The translations under genes and the position numbers were made by a program. Of a stretch of DNA of 64,000 nucleotides, positions 25,935 to 38,900 are shown piece after piece. The stretch's first letter is position 1. Each line of letters begins with the position of its first letter. Under the pieces are notes generated by a model. It did no database searches. It worked only from the letters and a program-made list of their open reading frames with translations, and had not been told where the DNA came from. The stretch lies in assembly GCF_964194155.1 (NCBI RefSeq), contig NC_135885.1, forward strand, positions 116,312,001 through 116,376,000, read 5' to 3'. The stretch is from Cetorhinus maximus (taxonomy: Eukaryota).

Positions 25935-26665
25935 ATATCACAGATGACTGTATCGGTGCTGTTTCCTGCTCTTGCCCAGAACTGGAAAACGTCTTCAACT
26001 TTGCTTCAAATTTCCATCACCCTTCCCTCACCTTCACTTGGCCCATATCTCTGACACTTCCCTTCCCTTCCTCAACTAATTTGTCTCCATTTCTGGGGAC
26101 TGTCTACTGATATTCATTATAAGCTCACCAGCTCTTGCAGTTGCCTGGACTACACTTGCTCACATTCTGCTTCTTGTAAGGACTCCATTCCATTCTCCGA
26201 TTTTTTCTGTCTACACTGCATCTGTTCTGATGATCTCCCTTTTTCCTCAGCCCTTCAGAGTGGTTGGCAGGGCTCTCAACTGCATCCAATCCATTTCTGT
26301 ACTTCTGCTCTCACTCATTCCCCTCCCACCCAGAACTGTGATAGACTCTCCATTGTCCTCATTTTACCCCCCCCACCAGCCTCCACATTCGAAGGATTAT
26401 CCTCCACCATTTCTGCCACCTCCAGCAAGTTGCCACCACCAAAAAATACCTTCCCCCTCCCCTGTCAGCATTCCAAAGGGACCGTTCCCTCTGTGAGATC
26501 CTGGTCCACTTCTCAATCACCCCAACACATCATCACCTACCCATGGCACCTTCCCATGCAATCACAGGAGGTGTAACATTTGCCCTTTTACCTCCTCTCT
26601 CTTCACCATCCAAGGCCCCAAACATTCCTCCCAGGCGAAGCAGTGATTTACTTGTACTTCTTTCT
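25935..26665 (+). mobile_element. Penelope-like RT/linker fragment
   Basis: ITDDCIGAVSCSCPELENVFNFASNFH (YIDD motif); SHSASCKDSIP; TFPCNHRRCNICPF linker motif. Confidence 0.8.
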
Positions 26666-26899
26666 GGTTAAACAAACAAGTAGGCCACAGATTATCAGTG
26701 GGAACAATGCATTCACTACCTCTGCCAAGCTGGGGTTTAGTTAGGGAAAACTATTGGAGGGGCTTCTGGGCAGAGGGCACCTGGATCAAGACCCCCAACC
26801 CCCTCCCTGTTAAATCTGAATGGCAGTGGGATGAGGCCTTGGGATGAGCATTAATTGCCTACTTAAGGATCTCAATTGAGTCAAGGGTGGGAAACACAC

Positions 26900-27560
26900 A
26901 CAATGTCCACAGGTCCCTGAAGGTGGCAGGACAGGTGGATAATGTGGTAAAGAAAGCATATGGAATGCTTTCCTTTATTGGGTGAGGTATTGAATACAAA
27001 AGCAGGGATGTAATGCTGGTTAGGCCATAGCTGGAATTTTGTGTTCTGGTCACCACATCACAGGGAAGGACATAATTGCTCTGGACTGAGTGCAGAGAAG
27101 ATTTATAAGAATGTTGCCAGGGCTTGAAAATTACAGCAATAAGGAAAGATTGGATAGACTAGGGTTGTTTTCCTTAGAACATAGGAGACTGAGGGATGAC
27201 CTAATTGAGGTGTACAAAATTACGAGGGGCCTAGATAGGGTAGATAGTAAAGACTTGTTTCCCTCAATTACCAAGGGGCATAGATTTAAGGTGATTGGTA
27301 AAAGGATTAGCTGGGACATGAGGATAAACTTTTTCACCTAGAGGGGCACCTGGAATTCACTGCCTAACTCGGCGGTTGAGGGTGAAACACTCAACTCATT
27401 TAAAAGGTACTTGGGTCTGCATCTGAAATGCTGTAACCTGCAAGACAACGGACCAGGTGCTGGAAAGTGGGATTAAAATGAGCGGCAAGTTTCTTTTTCA
27501 TCTTTTACTGGTCGGCACAGACATGATGGGCTGAATGGCCTTGTAACTTTTCTATGGCTC
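26900..27560 (+). mobile_element. CR1 LINE 3' portion
   Basis: ORF 27090-27341 QRRFIRMLPGLENYSNKERLDRLGLFSLE; 3'UTR gatgggctgaatggcc. Confidence 0.88.
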
Positions 27561-27574
27561 CCTAGCGTTCATAA

Positions 27575-28150
27575 AATTGCTTTCCTGCCCACTGATGTTA
27601 GATTAACTGGCCTATATTATCTCATTTCCTCTCTTCCTCTTTTCTTAAATTGTGGGGCTATGTTTGCTATCTTCTAATCCTTGGCAACTGTTCTAGAATC
27701 TAAGGAGTCCTGGGATTTCAAATGAATGCAGCCAATTTGTCTACAATTCCCTCTTTTAAAAGTCTAGGATACAGGTCACCAGGTCCAGGGGATTTGTCAC
27801 CACTTAGGGCAATCAATTTCTCCAGTATTATTTCTAATACTGATTCAACCTTAGCGGACTCGCCCATCACACTTAGGTAGTTTGCTTTGCTTCGATTTAA
27901 GACCCTTCTTTCAGAATTAACTAAATCTATAGGAAAACTAAAGTTCTCCCTGATTACTGTCTAAACTGTATTACATATCTATCTATTTTCCTGATGTATG
28001 CTGTGCCCACAAACTACTTAAGGGGCCTGTTAATTATTCATACCAATATTTTCTGCCTCTTGCTCTTTCTTAGCTTCACCCAAACTGATTCAACTTCTTT
28101 GATTTCCTGAGCTAAGGTGCTTTCTCTCCAATGTCTCTATCCCATCCATT
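27575..28150 (-). mobile_element. Old CR1 fragments (RT N-terminus and endonuclease)
   Basis: Reverse complement encodes YRPVNLT, KSPGPG and TVIRENF-like motifs. Confidence 0.6.
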
Positions 28151-28159
28151 ATTACCTTT

Positions 28160-30085
28160 TTCTTTTATTCATTCAAGGGATGTGGGTGTTGTTGGCTAAG
28201 CCAGCATTTATTGCCCATTCCTAATCGAGAAGGTCGTGGTGAACTGCCTTCTTGGACCACTGGAGTCCATGTGGTGTAGGTATACCTACAGTGCTGTTAG
28301 GGAGGGAGTTCCAGAACTTTGACCAGTAACAGTGAAGGAACGGCAATATATTTCCAAGTCAGGATGGTGAGTGGCTTGGAGGGGAACTTGCAGGTAGCGG
28401 TGTTCTCATGTGTCCTCTGTCCTTGTCCTTCTAGATGGCAGTGGTCGTGGGTTTGGAAGGTGCTGCCTAAGGAGGCTTGGTGAGTTCCTGCAGTGCATCT
28501 TGTAGATGGTACACACAGCTGTCATTTTGTATTGGTGGTAGAGGGAGTGAATGTTTGTGGATGGGGTACAAATCAAGTTGCCTGCTTTGTCCTGCGTGGT
28601 GTCAAGCTTCTTGAACATTGTTGAAGCTGCACTCATCCAGGCAAGTGGAGAGTGTTCCATCATACTCCTGACTTGTGCCTTGTAAATGGTGGACAGGCTT
28701 TGTGGAGACAAGAGGTGAGTTTCTTGTCGCAGGATTCCGAGCCTCTAAGCTGCTCTTATAGCCACAGTATTTATATGGTTAGTCCAGTTCATTTTCTGAT
28801 CAATGGTAACCCCCAGGATGTTGATAGTGGGGGATTTAGCAATGGTAATGCCATTGAATGTCAAGGGATGATGCTTAGATTCTCTCTTGTTGGAGGTGGT
28901 CATTGCCTGGCATTTGTGTGGCACGAATGTTACTTGCCACTTGCCAGCCCAAGCCTGGATATTGTCCAGGTCTTGCTGCATTTGGACACAGACTGCTTCA
29001 GTATCTGAGGAGTCACGAATGGTGCTGAACCTTGTGCAATCATCAGTGAACATCCCCACTTCTGACCTTATGATGGAAGGAAGGTCATTGATGAATTGAT
29101 GAAGGTCAAGATGAAGATGATTGGGCCTAGGACACTGCCCTGAGGAACTCCTGAGGGATGTGCTGGAAGTGAGGTGATTGACCTCCAACAACCACAACCA
29201 TCGTCCTTCTTGCTAGGTATGACTCCAGTCAGTGAAGAGTTTTCCCCCTGTTTACAAATGACTCCAGATTTGCTAGGGTTCTTTGATGCCATACTCTGTC
29301 AAATGCTGTCTTGATGTCAAGGGCAATCCTCTCAACTTGTTCTTGGAATTCATCTCTTTTTGTCCATACTTGAACCAAGGCTGTAATGAGGTCAGCAGCT
29401 GAGCGATCCTGGTGGAACCCAAACTAAGCATCAGTGAACAGGTTATTGCTAAACAAGTGCCGCTTGATAGCACTGTAGGTGACCCCTTCCACCACTTTAC
29501 TGATAATGGGGCGGTAATTGGCTGGATTGGATTTGTCCCACTTTTTGTGTACAGGACATACCTAAACAATTTTCCACATTACTGGGTAGATGCCAGTGTT
29601 GTAGCTGTCCTTGAACAGCTTGGCTAGGGATGCGGCAAGTTTTGGAGCACAAGTCTCTGGTACTGTTACTGAAAGATTGACAGGGCCTTTGCAGTATACC
29701 ATGCCTTCAGCTGTTTCTTGATAGCATGTGGAGTGAATCGAATTGGCTGAAGACTGGCACCTGTGATGCTGGTGACCTCAGGAGGAGGCCAGGATGTATC
29801 ATCCATTTGGCACTTCTGGCTGAAGATTCTTGTAAAGGCTTCAGCCTTATCTTTTGCACTGATGTGCTAGGCTCCCAATCATTGAGGGTGGGATATTTGT
29901 GGAGCCTGCCTCTCCAGTGAGTTGTGAATGGTGGTGGATTATTAAACAACCAGATGTGGAAAGACTGCAGAGTTTAGATCTGATCCATTGGTTGCGGGAT
30001 CGCTTAGTTCTGTCTATCGCTTGCTGTTTGGTACGCAAGTAGTCCTGAGTTGTAGCTTCACCAGGTTGACACCTCATTTTTAGGG
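28160..30085 (-). mobile_element. Second LINE family (CR1/L2 group), RT to 3' end
   Basis: GVPQGSVLGP, FINDLPSIIRSEVGMFTDDCT, IYKAQVRSMMEHSPLAW; 3' tail ..cacatccc..gaatgaataaaa at 28160-28190. Confidence 0.9.
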
Positions 30086-30087
30086 GG

Positions 30088-30331
30088 AAGGCATTTGTAT
30101 TGTGACTGGACTAGTAATCCAGAGATGCAGTGTAATGCTCTGGGGACCTGGGTTCTAATCCCACCATGGAATTAAAAGACTAATTGTAATGACTCACTGG
30201 GGATAGTGCACTGTAATAGTGGGGCTTGATATTACAGTGCACTATCCCCAGTGAGTCATTACAATTAGTCTTTTAATTCCATGGTAGGATTAGAACCCAG
30301 GTCCCCAGAGCATTACACTGCATCTCTGGAT
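30088..30331. repeat. tRNA-derived SINE head duplicated as a near-perfect 102-bp-arm palindrome
   Basis: Arms 30117-30218 and 30230-30331 with one mismatch seen and an 11-nt loop; contains B-box-like GGGTTCTAATCCC. Confidence 0.85.
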
Positions 30332-30334
30332 ATA

Positions 30335-33300
30335 AACTTCAAAGTGTTGAAGAGACAACAACAATGCTAGAGTTTTTTTTCTACTGTAGAGTACATCCAC
30401 CGATATTGATTTAGTTTGTTGGAAAAGTACCCCACTGGCTTCTCTATCCCTAATTTATCATCTTGTAATTGAGCTGCACCTACCCCCAAGTCACTGGCAT
30501 CAACCGCCATTTTAAAAGGTTTAGTAAAGTCAGGGGTGGTCAACACAGGTTCATTTATTAAGATTGCCTTCAGCTTTTCAAAGGCTGCTTGGCATTCAGC
30601 CGACCATACCACTTATGCCTGTTTTCTTAACAAATTGGTCAGAGGTACAGCTATGGTGCTGAAATTAGGCACAAAGTTCCTATAAAACCCACACATTCCC
30701 CAAAACCTCATAATTTCTCATTTGATTTTAGGAATGGGCAATTCTATTTGGGTGTTCACTTTTGATGTTTTCGGCAACGCCTGCCGTTGTCCGACAATGT
30801 GACCTAGGTAAGTTACTCTTGCTTTTGCAAATTCGCTTTAGGCCAGATGTATGACCAAGCCCACTAACTGCAATTGCTTAAATAGGTCCTGTAAATGCTT
30901 AGATAGAAGCAAAATACTGCAGATGCTGGAAATCTGAAACAAAAACAAAAAATGCTAAAAAAACTCAGCAGGTCTGACAGCATCTGTGGAGAGAAAGACA
31001 GAGTTAATGTTTCCAGTCTGTATGACTCTTCAAAAGAGTAACACGGACTCGAAACGTTAACTCTGTCTTTCTCTCCACAGATGCTGTCAGACCTGCTGAG
31101 TTTTTCCTGCATTTTTCATTTTTGTCCTCTAGATGCTTTACATGCTCTTCCCATGTGTTACTATATATGACAACAGCATCTTAATAAACCACCCAGTTAG
31201 GTACTTCAGCTACGATTCAATTCAAATGTCTCTGGAATGTAGCTGGGGTGTTTTTAAACCCAAATGACATGACGAGACATTGATATAATCCACTTGGTGT
31301 AACAAAGGCGGATATTTCTTTAGCCTTTGATGTTAATGGCACTTGCCAATACGCCTTCAATAGGTCAATTTTAGAAAGAAATGACGCACTGCCCACCCTA
31401 TCGATGCAATCCTCTAGCCGAGGAATCGGATACAAATCTGTCCTCGTTACTATATTCACTTTCTGGTAGTCTATACAAAATCTAGTGGATCCATCCGGCT
31501 TAGGAGCCAACATGACCGGTGAGCTCTAGCTGCTTTGACTAGGCTTGATCAATTTATTTTCCAGCATATATTTGATCTCTGTTTCTAAAAGAGCTCGCTT
31601 TTCTGGGCTCAACCGATGCAGATGTTTTATCGGCACTGCGTCTCCTACGTCCACATCATGTTTAGTTAATGTAGTACATCCAGGTGTATCCCTACAATTT
31701 TCCTTATACTTCCTAAGTAACCTTATTAAATCTTCTTGTGGTCCTTCCTCTAAATGTGAGAACACAGTGTCAAACAGTCCCATTATTTTCGTATTGGCTA
31801 GTTGAATTGTAGGTGGTTCACTTTGTGTGCTGTCTACTTCTCCTTCTAACTGACTTCTACTGTTTTTGGCATCCTCCACTACTCCTACCATCATCTCCTC
31901 TGCAATAATACTGCTTCAACATGTTTATGCGACATAACCGTTTCTTCTTCCTATGTTCAGGAGTATCTATCAGGTAAGGCACTGCACTAACTCTCCTAAC
32001 TATCTTCTAGGGGCCACTGAATTTCGCTTTCAGGGGTTCACCTGCAAAGATAACAATACCAACACTTTGTCCCCTGTTTGGGAGGTTCTAGTTGTAGCAT
32101 GTTTGTCTGCCCATTCTTTCATTTTGGCTTGGGAAATTTTTGAATGCTCTCCTGCTACTTTACATGCCCCTGTGAGACTTTCTAGAAACATGGACACATA
32201 ATCCAACATGGAGGATTCTTCTTTCGGCTTCAGGAACTTTCCTTTAATCAAGTTTAATGGATCTCTTTTTCTCATGATCGCAGATCAATTCAAATGGACT
32301 AAATCCAGTAGATTCACTAGGAGAATCTCTGGTATCGAACAGTAAGAAATCTAATCATTTGCCCCAATCCTTTGGGTATTCATGGCAATAGGTCATAATC
32401 ATGGTTTTGAGAGTCTGATCGAATCTCTCCAAAGCTCCCTGTGTCTGTGGGTGATAAGCGGTAGACTTTAGTTGTTTGATACCCAAATTGCTGATTATAT
32501 GCTGGAAAATCTTAGGCATGAAGTTCAAACCTTGATAAGATTGTATTTCAATTGGTAGGCCATAAGGAATGAAAAACTGAGTTAACTTTTCTACTACCAC
32601 CTTCCTGTAATTGCCCTTAAAGGAATAACTTCTGGAAATCGTGTGATCATATCCATGATTGTAAGGATATATTGATGTCCTGCTTTTGTTTTGGGTAATG
32701 GCCCTACACAATCTACTAATACCCGACTGAATGATTCTTCAAAAAACTGGTATAGGTATTAAAGGTGCTGGTTTGATTACATGTTAGAGTTTACTTACTG
32801 CCTGACATGTATGACATCCTTACAAAATGGTGCTGGTTTGATTGCATGTTGGGGTTTAGCTACTCCCTGACATGTATGACATGCCTTGCAAAATTGCACT
32901 ATGAGCATATTAAGTCTTGGCCAGGTAAAATGCCTGTTTATCGATGCTTGGGTTTTCTGTATTCCTACATGTCCCGCCATTGGGATTTCATGTGCTACTT
33001 GCAATATCTCCTTAAAATATTTGGGCAGTATCACTGTCTGATGAACAACCATCCATTCCTCATCCACAGGTCTGATGGGGGTGATGGGAGAAAGGGTGTC
33101 TCCACTTCCTCATCAGAACTCTGTTTTTAAGCTCTCCGGAACTCCTTCAGCCTCAGCTTCAGTGTGAGCTGACTGTGCTAACTTGTTTAACTCTGGATCT
33201 GCTTTCTGAGCCTCAATTAAGGAAGACGTGCCAAACACTTCCTTTGAATTATCCTCATCCTTAAAGGAAGTTTTGGCTACTCTAACACCTGCTCATGGTA

Positions 33301-35030
33301 CTACTTTGACCTCTGGTAATGGACTTTGTTCAGCCATTGCTCTGGTCACCACACACGATGGAAAAATACCAGGAACTTGTCCTTGTGACTGCTGTCTCTT
33401 TAGCCTCTCTCGGACTTTCTGTAATTATGGGTGAAGCTATAACCTTCACTCCTGCCAAATCATTCCCCAGGAGTAAATCAACTCCATCCTAGGGTAATTT
33501 CTTAACTACTCCTACAACCACTGATGTAAGCAACAAATCAAATTCCAATTACACTTTGTACAATGGGACCAGGATATACTCTCCACTTATCCCATTTACC
33601 AATACTTTAGCTTTCATTGAACTCTCCGGAGGTAAAACTAGGTTCTTCTCCTGTGTCTCTTAATATAGTTATGGGTTTAGCTGCATCATTTGATGAAAAA
33701 GGGGTTATCTTCCCTTTAGACAAAAACCCTTTATATCTCTCATCTACTTTATTCACTTCACCTGCATTCACAGCGGTGTTTACCTCCAGACCCTTTTGTA
33801 GTTAAAGCTACAATTTGATCCGTGGCGTTTTCTTTTTGAGTTCCCTTTTCAGAATCACCCTTACGAATCCCAATAAGTCCCATTGGCTTCCCTCCCAACT
33901 TCCAGCATTCTGAGCGAATGTGTCCCACTTTGTTACAGTGGAATTTCATTTCCACTCTCAGTACCTTCCTTCCCGATCTGAGGAGGAGATCTGAAGGTAT
34001 TCCCAGCTATCCATTCTTTACCCTGGCTACTTGCCTCCCTTTCATTCTCCCACTTTCTATCCTTTTCAAATTTATGGGGGTGATGGAAAAGAAGTTTGGT
34101 TTTATGGATCAGCTCATAATCATCAGCCATTACTGCTGCCTGTCTGGCAGTTGGAACCCTTTGGCCTTCAACATGGGTTCTTGTTACAGAAGGTAGGGAA
34201 TTTTTCAATTCTTCCAAGAGAATGGTCTCTCTGAGAACTTCATAGGTGGTTTCAACTCCTAATGCTCATATCCACCTGTCAAAGCTGTTTTGCTTAAGTC
34301 GTTCAAATTCAATGTACGTTTGTCCAGGCTGTTTCCTTAAATTTCAAAACTTTTGTCTATATGCTCAGGAACCAACTCATATGCACTCAAAATGGCCTTT
34401 TTCACCACATCATAATCCCTAGAAACCTCCTCTGACATTGAGGCATAAATTTCCTGTGCTCTACCTGTCAATTTGCTCTGCATGGGCAATGTCCAGTTTT
34501 CCTTTGGTCAATTCACCTGTTTAACTATCTTCTCAAATGAAATAACGAATGCTTCAACATCTCTGTCTTCAAATTTTGGAAGAACTTGTACAAATTTAAA
34601 TATCTCCCCACTGGATTCTGATTTGGACATAAATCCTGCCTCACCTCCTGGTGTCTCATTTTTAACTGCCAGAATTCTAAGCTGGAACTCTCTTTTTTCT
34701 CTTCTCCTTTTCTAACTTCGCCATTTCTAATTCCCTTTCTTGTTTTCTTTCTCTCTCCTGCCTTTCTGCCTGTTGCCTTTGAAATGCTCCCTCTCTTTCC
34801 TTCTCTTTTTCTTTCTGTGCCCTTTCTTTTTCTGCTGCCTCTAGCTCCATTTTTTTTATTTGCATTTGAATTTGAATTTCAGCCCATTCCAATGAACCAT
34901 CCCCTGGAGAACTCAGTCTCTCAGGTATTCCTTCCAGTTTTAAATGCTGTGCCATCTCTTCAATTATCTCTGCCTTCCTAGCTTTGGCAGGCAATCCTAT
35001 TCTTAATTTACTTACTGAAGAAATCACATC
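30335..35030 (-). mobile_element. Gmr1-like gypsy retrotransposon internal region (gag-PR-INT-RT-RH), no LTRs seen
   Basis: gag (VPKFEDRDVEAF..KLTGRAQE; knuckle HCNKVGHIRSEC); protease ILRDTG near 33655; integrase HEIPMAGH..CHTC and STAYHPQTQGALERF (33067-32355); RT RFCIDYQKVN..YPIPRLEDC (31513-31217); RNase H MAVDASDLGVGA (30612-30367). Confidence 0.92.
30905..31123. mobile_element. Palindromic Penelope-like tail insertion in Gmr1 RT
   Basis: Inverted arms centred near 31032 within the hammerhead; imperfect TSD GTCCTGTAAATGCTT / GTCCTCTAGATGCTT. Confidence 0.85.
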
Positions 35031-35034
35031 TTAC

Positions 35035-35250
35035 TTGAATGTGACACAGGTAAACTATCCCTGCTCATTCTCCTTGACCTCTCTGCAGCTTTTGACCTAA
35101 TTGACCCCAAAATCTGCTCCAATGCCTCTCAACTGTCATCCGACTGGGTGGGATTACACTTCATTCTTATCCCTCCTGTCCTAATCTGCAATGGCAACTC
35201 TTTTCACTTCTACAGTGTTGGCTCTGGTGACCCCAAGGATCTGCCTTTGG
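35035..35250 (+). mobile_element. L2 LINE RT fragment
   Basis: LSLLILLDLSAAFD and decayed G.PQGS motif. Confidence 0.7.
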
Positions 35251-35251
35251 C

Positions 35252-35326
35252 TTAAAACAAAAGCAGCAAGTGCTGGAAATACTTAGCAGATCTGGCAGCG
35301 GCTGTGGAGAGAGGAACAGAGTTAAT
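35252..35326 (-). mobile_element. Penelope-like tail, cut by the large Harbinger (continues at 45062-45090)
   Basis: gctggaaatacttagcagatctggcagc..gagaggaacagagttaat | agc attttgagtc..atgact matches the tail consensus gagttaacgtttcgagtc..atgactc. Confidence 0.7.
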
Positions 35327-35593
35327 GGACAGAATTTTCTGTTTTGTAGACTAAGTACAGTGGTGGGCAGGAAAATCGGTGTGATTCCCATTGGGCAGCA
35401 GGGTGCATGACCTTCCACCTTTCAGCTCATTAATTATGCATCAAATCACATGGGTCTGCAGTGATTTATCTGCTCTGCTGTTACCTCATGGGGTAAAATA
35501 TGTCCTGGTGCATATGTAAACAGCACCGGCATACACATGTATTCACTGCAGTCCAGGTGTGTTGGGCACTTCTTCAGAGCAGTAGCCAAAAGA

Positions 35594-38500
35594 ATGAAAC
35601 CCTCCGCTCCACGGTTCAGTAATGCCTTCCTGGATTCTCCTCCACACTGCCCAGGAAAGACAAGAGGTCCTCTCACCTTGGGATGGGAGAAGGAGGCCCT
35701 CGCACCTGACTATGCTGGCCTGAGAGGGGGTTGCCAGAGAGGTCAGTAGCTGTGCCAAACAAAAAAGGACTGTCCTGCAGTTCAGGAAGAGAATGAATGA
35801 TCTGATCGACTCTGATCTACGCACTCCAAACTCTCACTCTCTTAAGGGCATCAGGCAGTCTAATGGTTAGAGTCCACAGGGATATCATACAGTATCAGCA
35901 GATGGGACAGCAGCACTGATTGTCTGCCAGCCACTTTACCATCTCATCATGTAAGGTCCTGCACAAACGTCTTTAGCCCGTACTGATGAGGGCGCAGCAC
36001 ACACAGCAGACATGCATGCTTCTGAAATGCTCTTTTAGCTGTAGTGCTCACAGTCAATCCAACTATCTGTATGCAGGATAAGATAGCCCGCAACAGAAGG
36101 GAGAAGGACAAGACCGGAGGTGGGACCCCAGAGTAGCGGGACCTCTCTACCTTTGCGGACAAGGTGGCTGAGTTAGCTGGTGAAGACAGAGATTGTTCCT
36201 CTGCGTAAGGTGAAATTAGCCTCCCCCAACAAGTGAGGATGCATCCTGTATAGATTGACAACATGCAGACACTGAATTTGCATGATATATAATGTAGGAG
36301 ACTGCCTAGTCAATCACTAATTCTCTCTTCTCCTGATTCCTCGTACCAGTAAGAAATGGCAGAAGATGAGGTCCAGCCCCAGCCCCCAGACCACCGCCAA
36401 TGAGGTTGCTGAAGATCCATTTATAGAAGAGCTGTCACTATATTCACCTGCACACTCCACCAGCGCAGATACACACACCTTGGTTGGCCCTAGTTCAAGA
36501 GTAGGCTTGGGTTCACTTGGTTGGTGATCACCTCCCAGACACGTGTCTACAACAGACGGAGGCATTGACAGCTGAGGTCGCTGACTCTTGGAGGACTGCT
36601 GGGCCCCGCGGAATCTGAGTCCGATGATGAGCCTCTGCAATTGGCCTTCAGAGACATGTTGGAGATGCAAAGACGGGAGGGGGAACATCAGGCAGAGCTT
36701 TTAGAGGCCATCACCAGACTTGAATGAAGGATGGAGAAGTCTGCCACGTCCTGTCTGATGTCATAGCTCCAGCATACGAGCACATCGAACTCTCCATTGG
36801 AAGAAGGGCAGCAGCCTTGGAGACCCAGGACCAGCAGAATGCACAGTTTCTACCAGATTTGCACTCGGGTCTGCACTACATCACTCAAGCCATGCGTACA
36901 TTCCAGCTACATTCCAGCATTGGCTAGGCAAGAGGGGGATGGGGCACCTCGATCCCCCCAGATGCTTTTTCTCCTCAAGGAGTCAGGGAGGGGACCTTGG
37001 GCACCTAAAATGAGGAAGGGTGTCAGCTGGACAACTCGGGACCATCCACCCAGGAGTCCCCTAGGTTGACTTGGTGTTCCAAATCCCCCCTGCCTGTGAT
37101 CTCATCAATTCCAGCAGGCCAAGCCCTGCACCTTTTTTTCTTATTCACTCATGGGATGTGGGCTTTGCTGGCTGGGCCAGCATTTATTGCCCATCCCTAA
37201 TTGCCCTTCTTGAACCGCTGCAGTCCATGTGGTGTGGGTACACCCACAGTGCTGTTAGGAAAGGGGTTCCAGGATTTTGACCCAGTGACAGTGAAGGAAC
37301 AGTGATATATTTCCAAGTCAGGATGGTGTGTAGTTTGGAGGGAATCTTTGATGTGGTGGTGTTCCATGCATCTGCTGCCCTTGTCCTTCTAGATGGTAGC
37401 AGTCATGGGTTTGGATGATGCTGTCGAAGGAGCCTTGGTGAGTTCCTGCATCTTGTAGATGGTACACACTGCTGCCACTGTTAGTCGGTGATGGAGGGAG
37501 TGATTGTTTGTGGATGTGGTGCCAATCAAGTGGTCTGCTTTGCCCTGGATGGTGTCAAGCTTCTTGAGTGTTATTGGAACTGCACTCACCCAGGCAAGTA
37601 GAGAGTATTCCATCACACTCGTGACTTGTGCCTTGCAGATGGTGGACATGCTTTGGGGAGTCAGGAGGTGAGTTACTCACTGCAGGATTCCTAGCCTTTG
37701 ACCTGCTCTTGTAGCCACAGTATTTATATGGCTAGTCCAGTTCAGTTTCTGGTTGAGCGTAACCCCCAGGATGTTGATCGTGGGGAATTCAGCAATGGTA
37801 ATGCCATTGAATGTTAAGGGGCAATGGTTAGACTCTTGCTTGTTGGAAATTGTCATTGCTTGGCACTTTTGTGTGGCACAAATGTTACTTGTCACTTGCC
37901 AGCCCAAGCCTGGATATTGTGCAGGTTTTGCTGCATTTGGACATGGACTGTTTCAGTATCTGAGGCGTCATGAGTAGCGCTGAACATTGAGCAATCATCA
38001 GCAAACATCCCCATTTCTGACCTTATGATGTAAGGGAAGTCATTGATGAAGCAGCTGAAGATGGTTGGGCCTAAGACACTACCCTGAGGAACCCCTGCAG
38101 TGATATACTTGAACTGAGACGATTGACCTCCAACAACCACAACCATCTTCCTTTGTGCTAGATATGACTCCAACCAGCAGAGAGTTTTCCCCCTGTTCCA
38201 TTGACTCCAATTTTGCTAGGTCTCCTTGATGCTACACTCGGTCAAATGCTTGATGTCAAGGGGAGTCACTCTTACCTCACCTCTGGAGTTCAACTCTTTT
38301 GTCCATGCTTGAACCAAGGTAATATGGTTAAGAGCTGAGAGACCCTGGCGGAACCCAAACTGACTGTCAGTGAGCACGTTATTGCTAAGCAAGTGCCACT
38401 TGATAGCATTGTTGATGACCATTTGCTGATGGTCCACTGTAGACCGATGGGGCAGTAATTGGTTGCGTTGGATTTGTTCTGCTTTTTGTATATAGGACAT

Positions 38501-38900
38501 ACCTGGACAATTTTCCACATTACTGGGTAGATGCCAATGTTTTATCTGTACTGAAACAGCTTGGCTAGGGGCACAGTAAGTTCTGGAGCACAAGTCTTCA
38601 ATACTATTGCACTAATATTGTCAGGGCACAAAGCCTTTGCAGTGTTCAGTGCCTCCCAGTTGTTTCTTGATATCATGTCGTGAGTCGAATTGGCTGAAGA
38701 CTGGCATCTGTGATACTGGGACCGAGACGGATGTCAATGTTCAGTCCCAGAGCAGGAGACCCTGAGCAGGCTGGGACCCTCCAGGTCTCAGGCCCTCAGA
38801 CAACGCGTGTGAATTTAATTTCAGACAACAGTGCATAGCTGTCAGCAGGCTGCCTCCATCTCTGCTGTGGATGTCAGGGCTGCACCAAGGCGATAGTGTG
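35594..38900 (+). pseudogene. Harbinger Myb/SANT-like DNA-binding protein gene, multi-exon, disrupted
   Basis: KPSAPRFSNA..EVSSCAKQKRTVLQFRKRMNDLI (exon 1); acceptor at 36076 then DKIARNRREKDKTGGGTP; last exon split by a LINE. Confidence 0.8.
37132..38730 (-). mobile_element. CR1/L2-group LINE (same family as 28160-30085)
   Basis: ITAGVPQGSVLGPTIFSCFIND..MFADDCS; ICKAQVTSVMEYSLLAW; same 3' tail at 37132-37200. Confidence 0.9.

Noticed and set aside
30085-30170. tRNA gene (also 46885-46960)
   Set aside because: Only B-box-like remnants without a complete cloverleaf; context fits tRNA-derived SINE heads.
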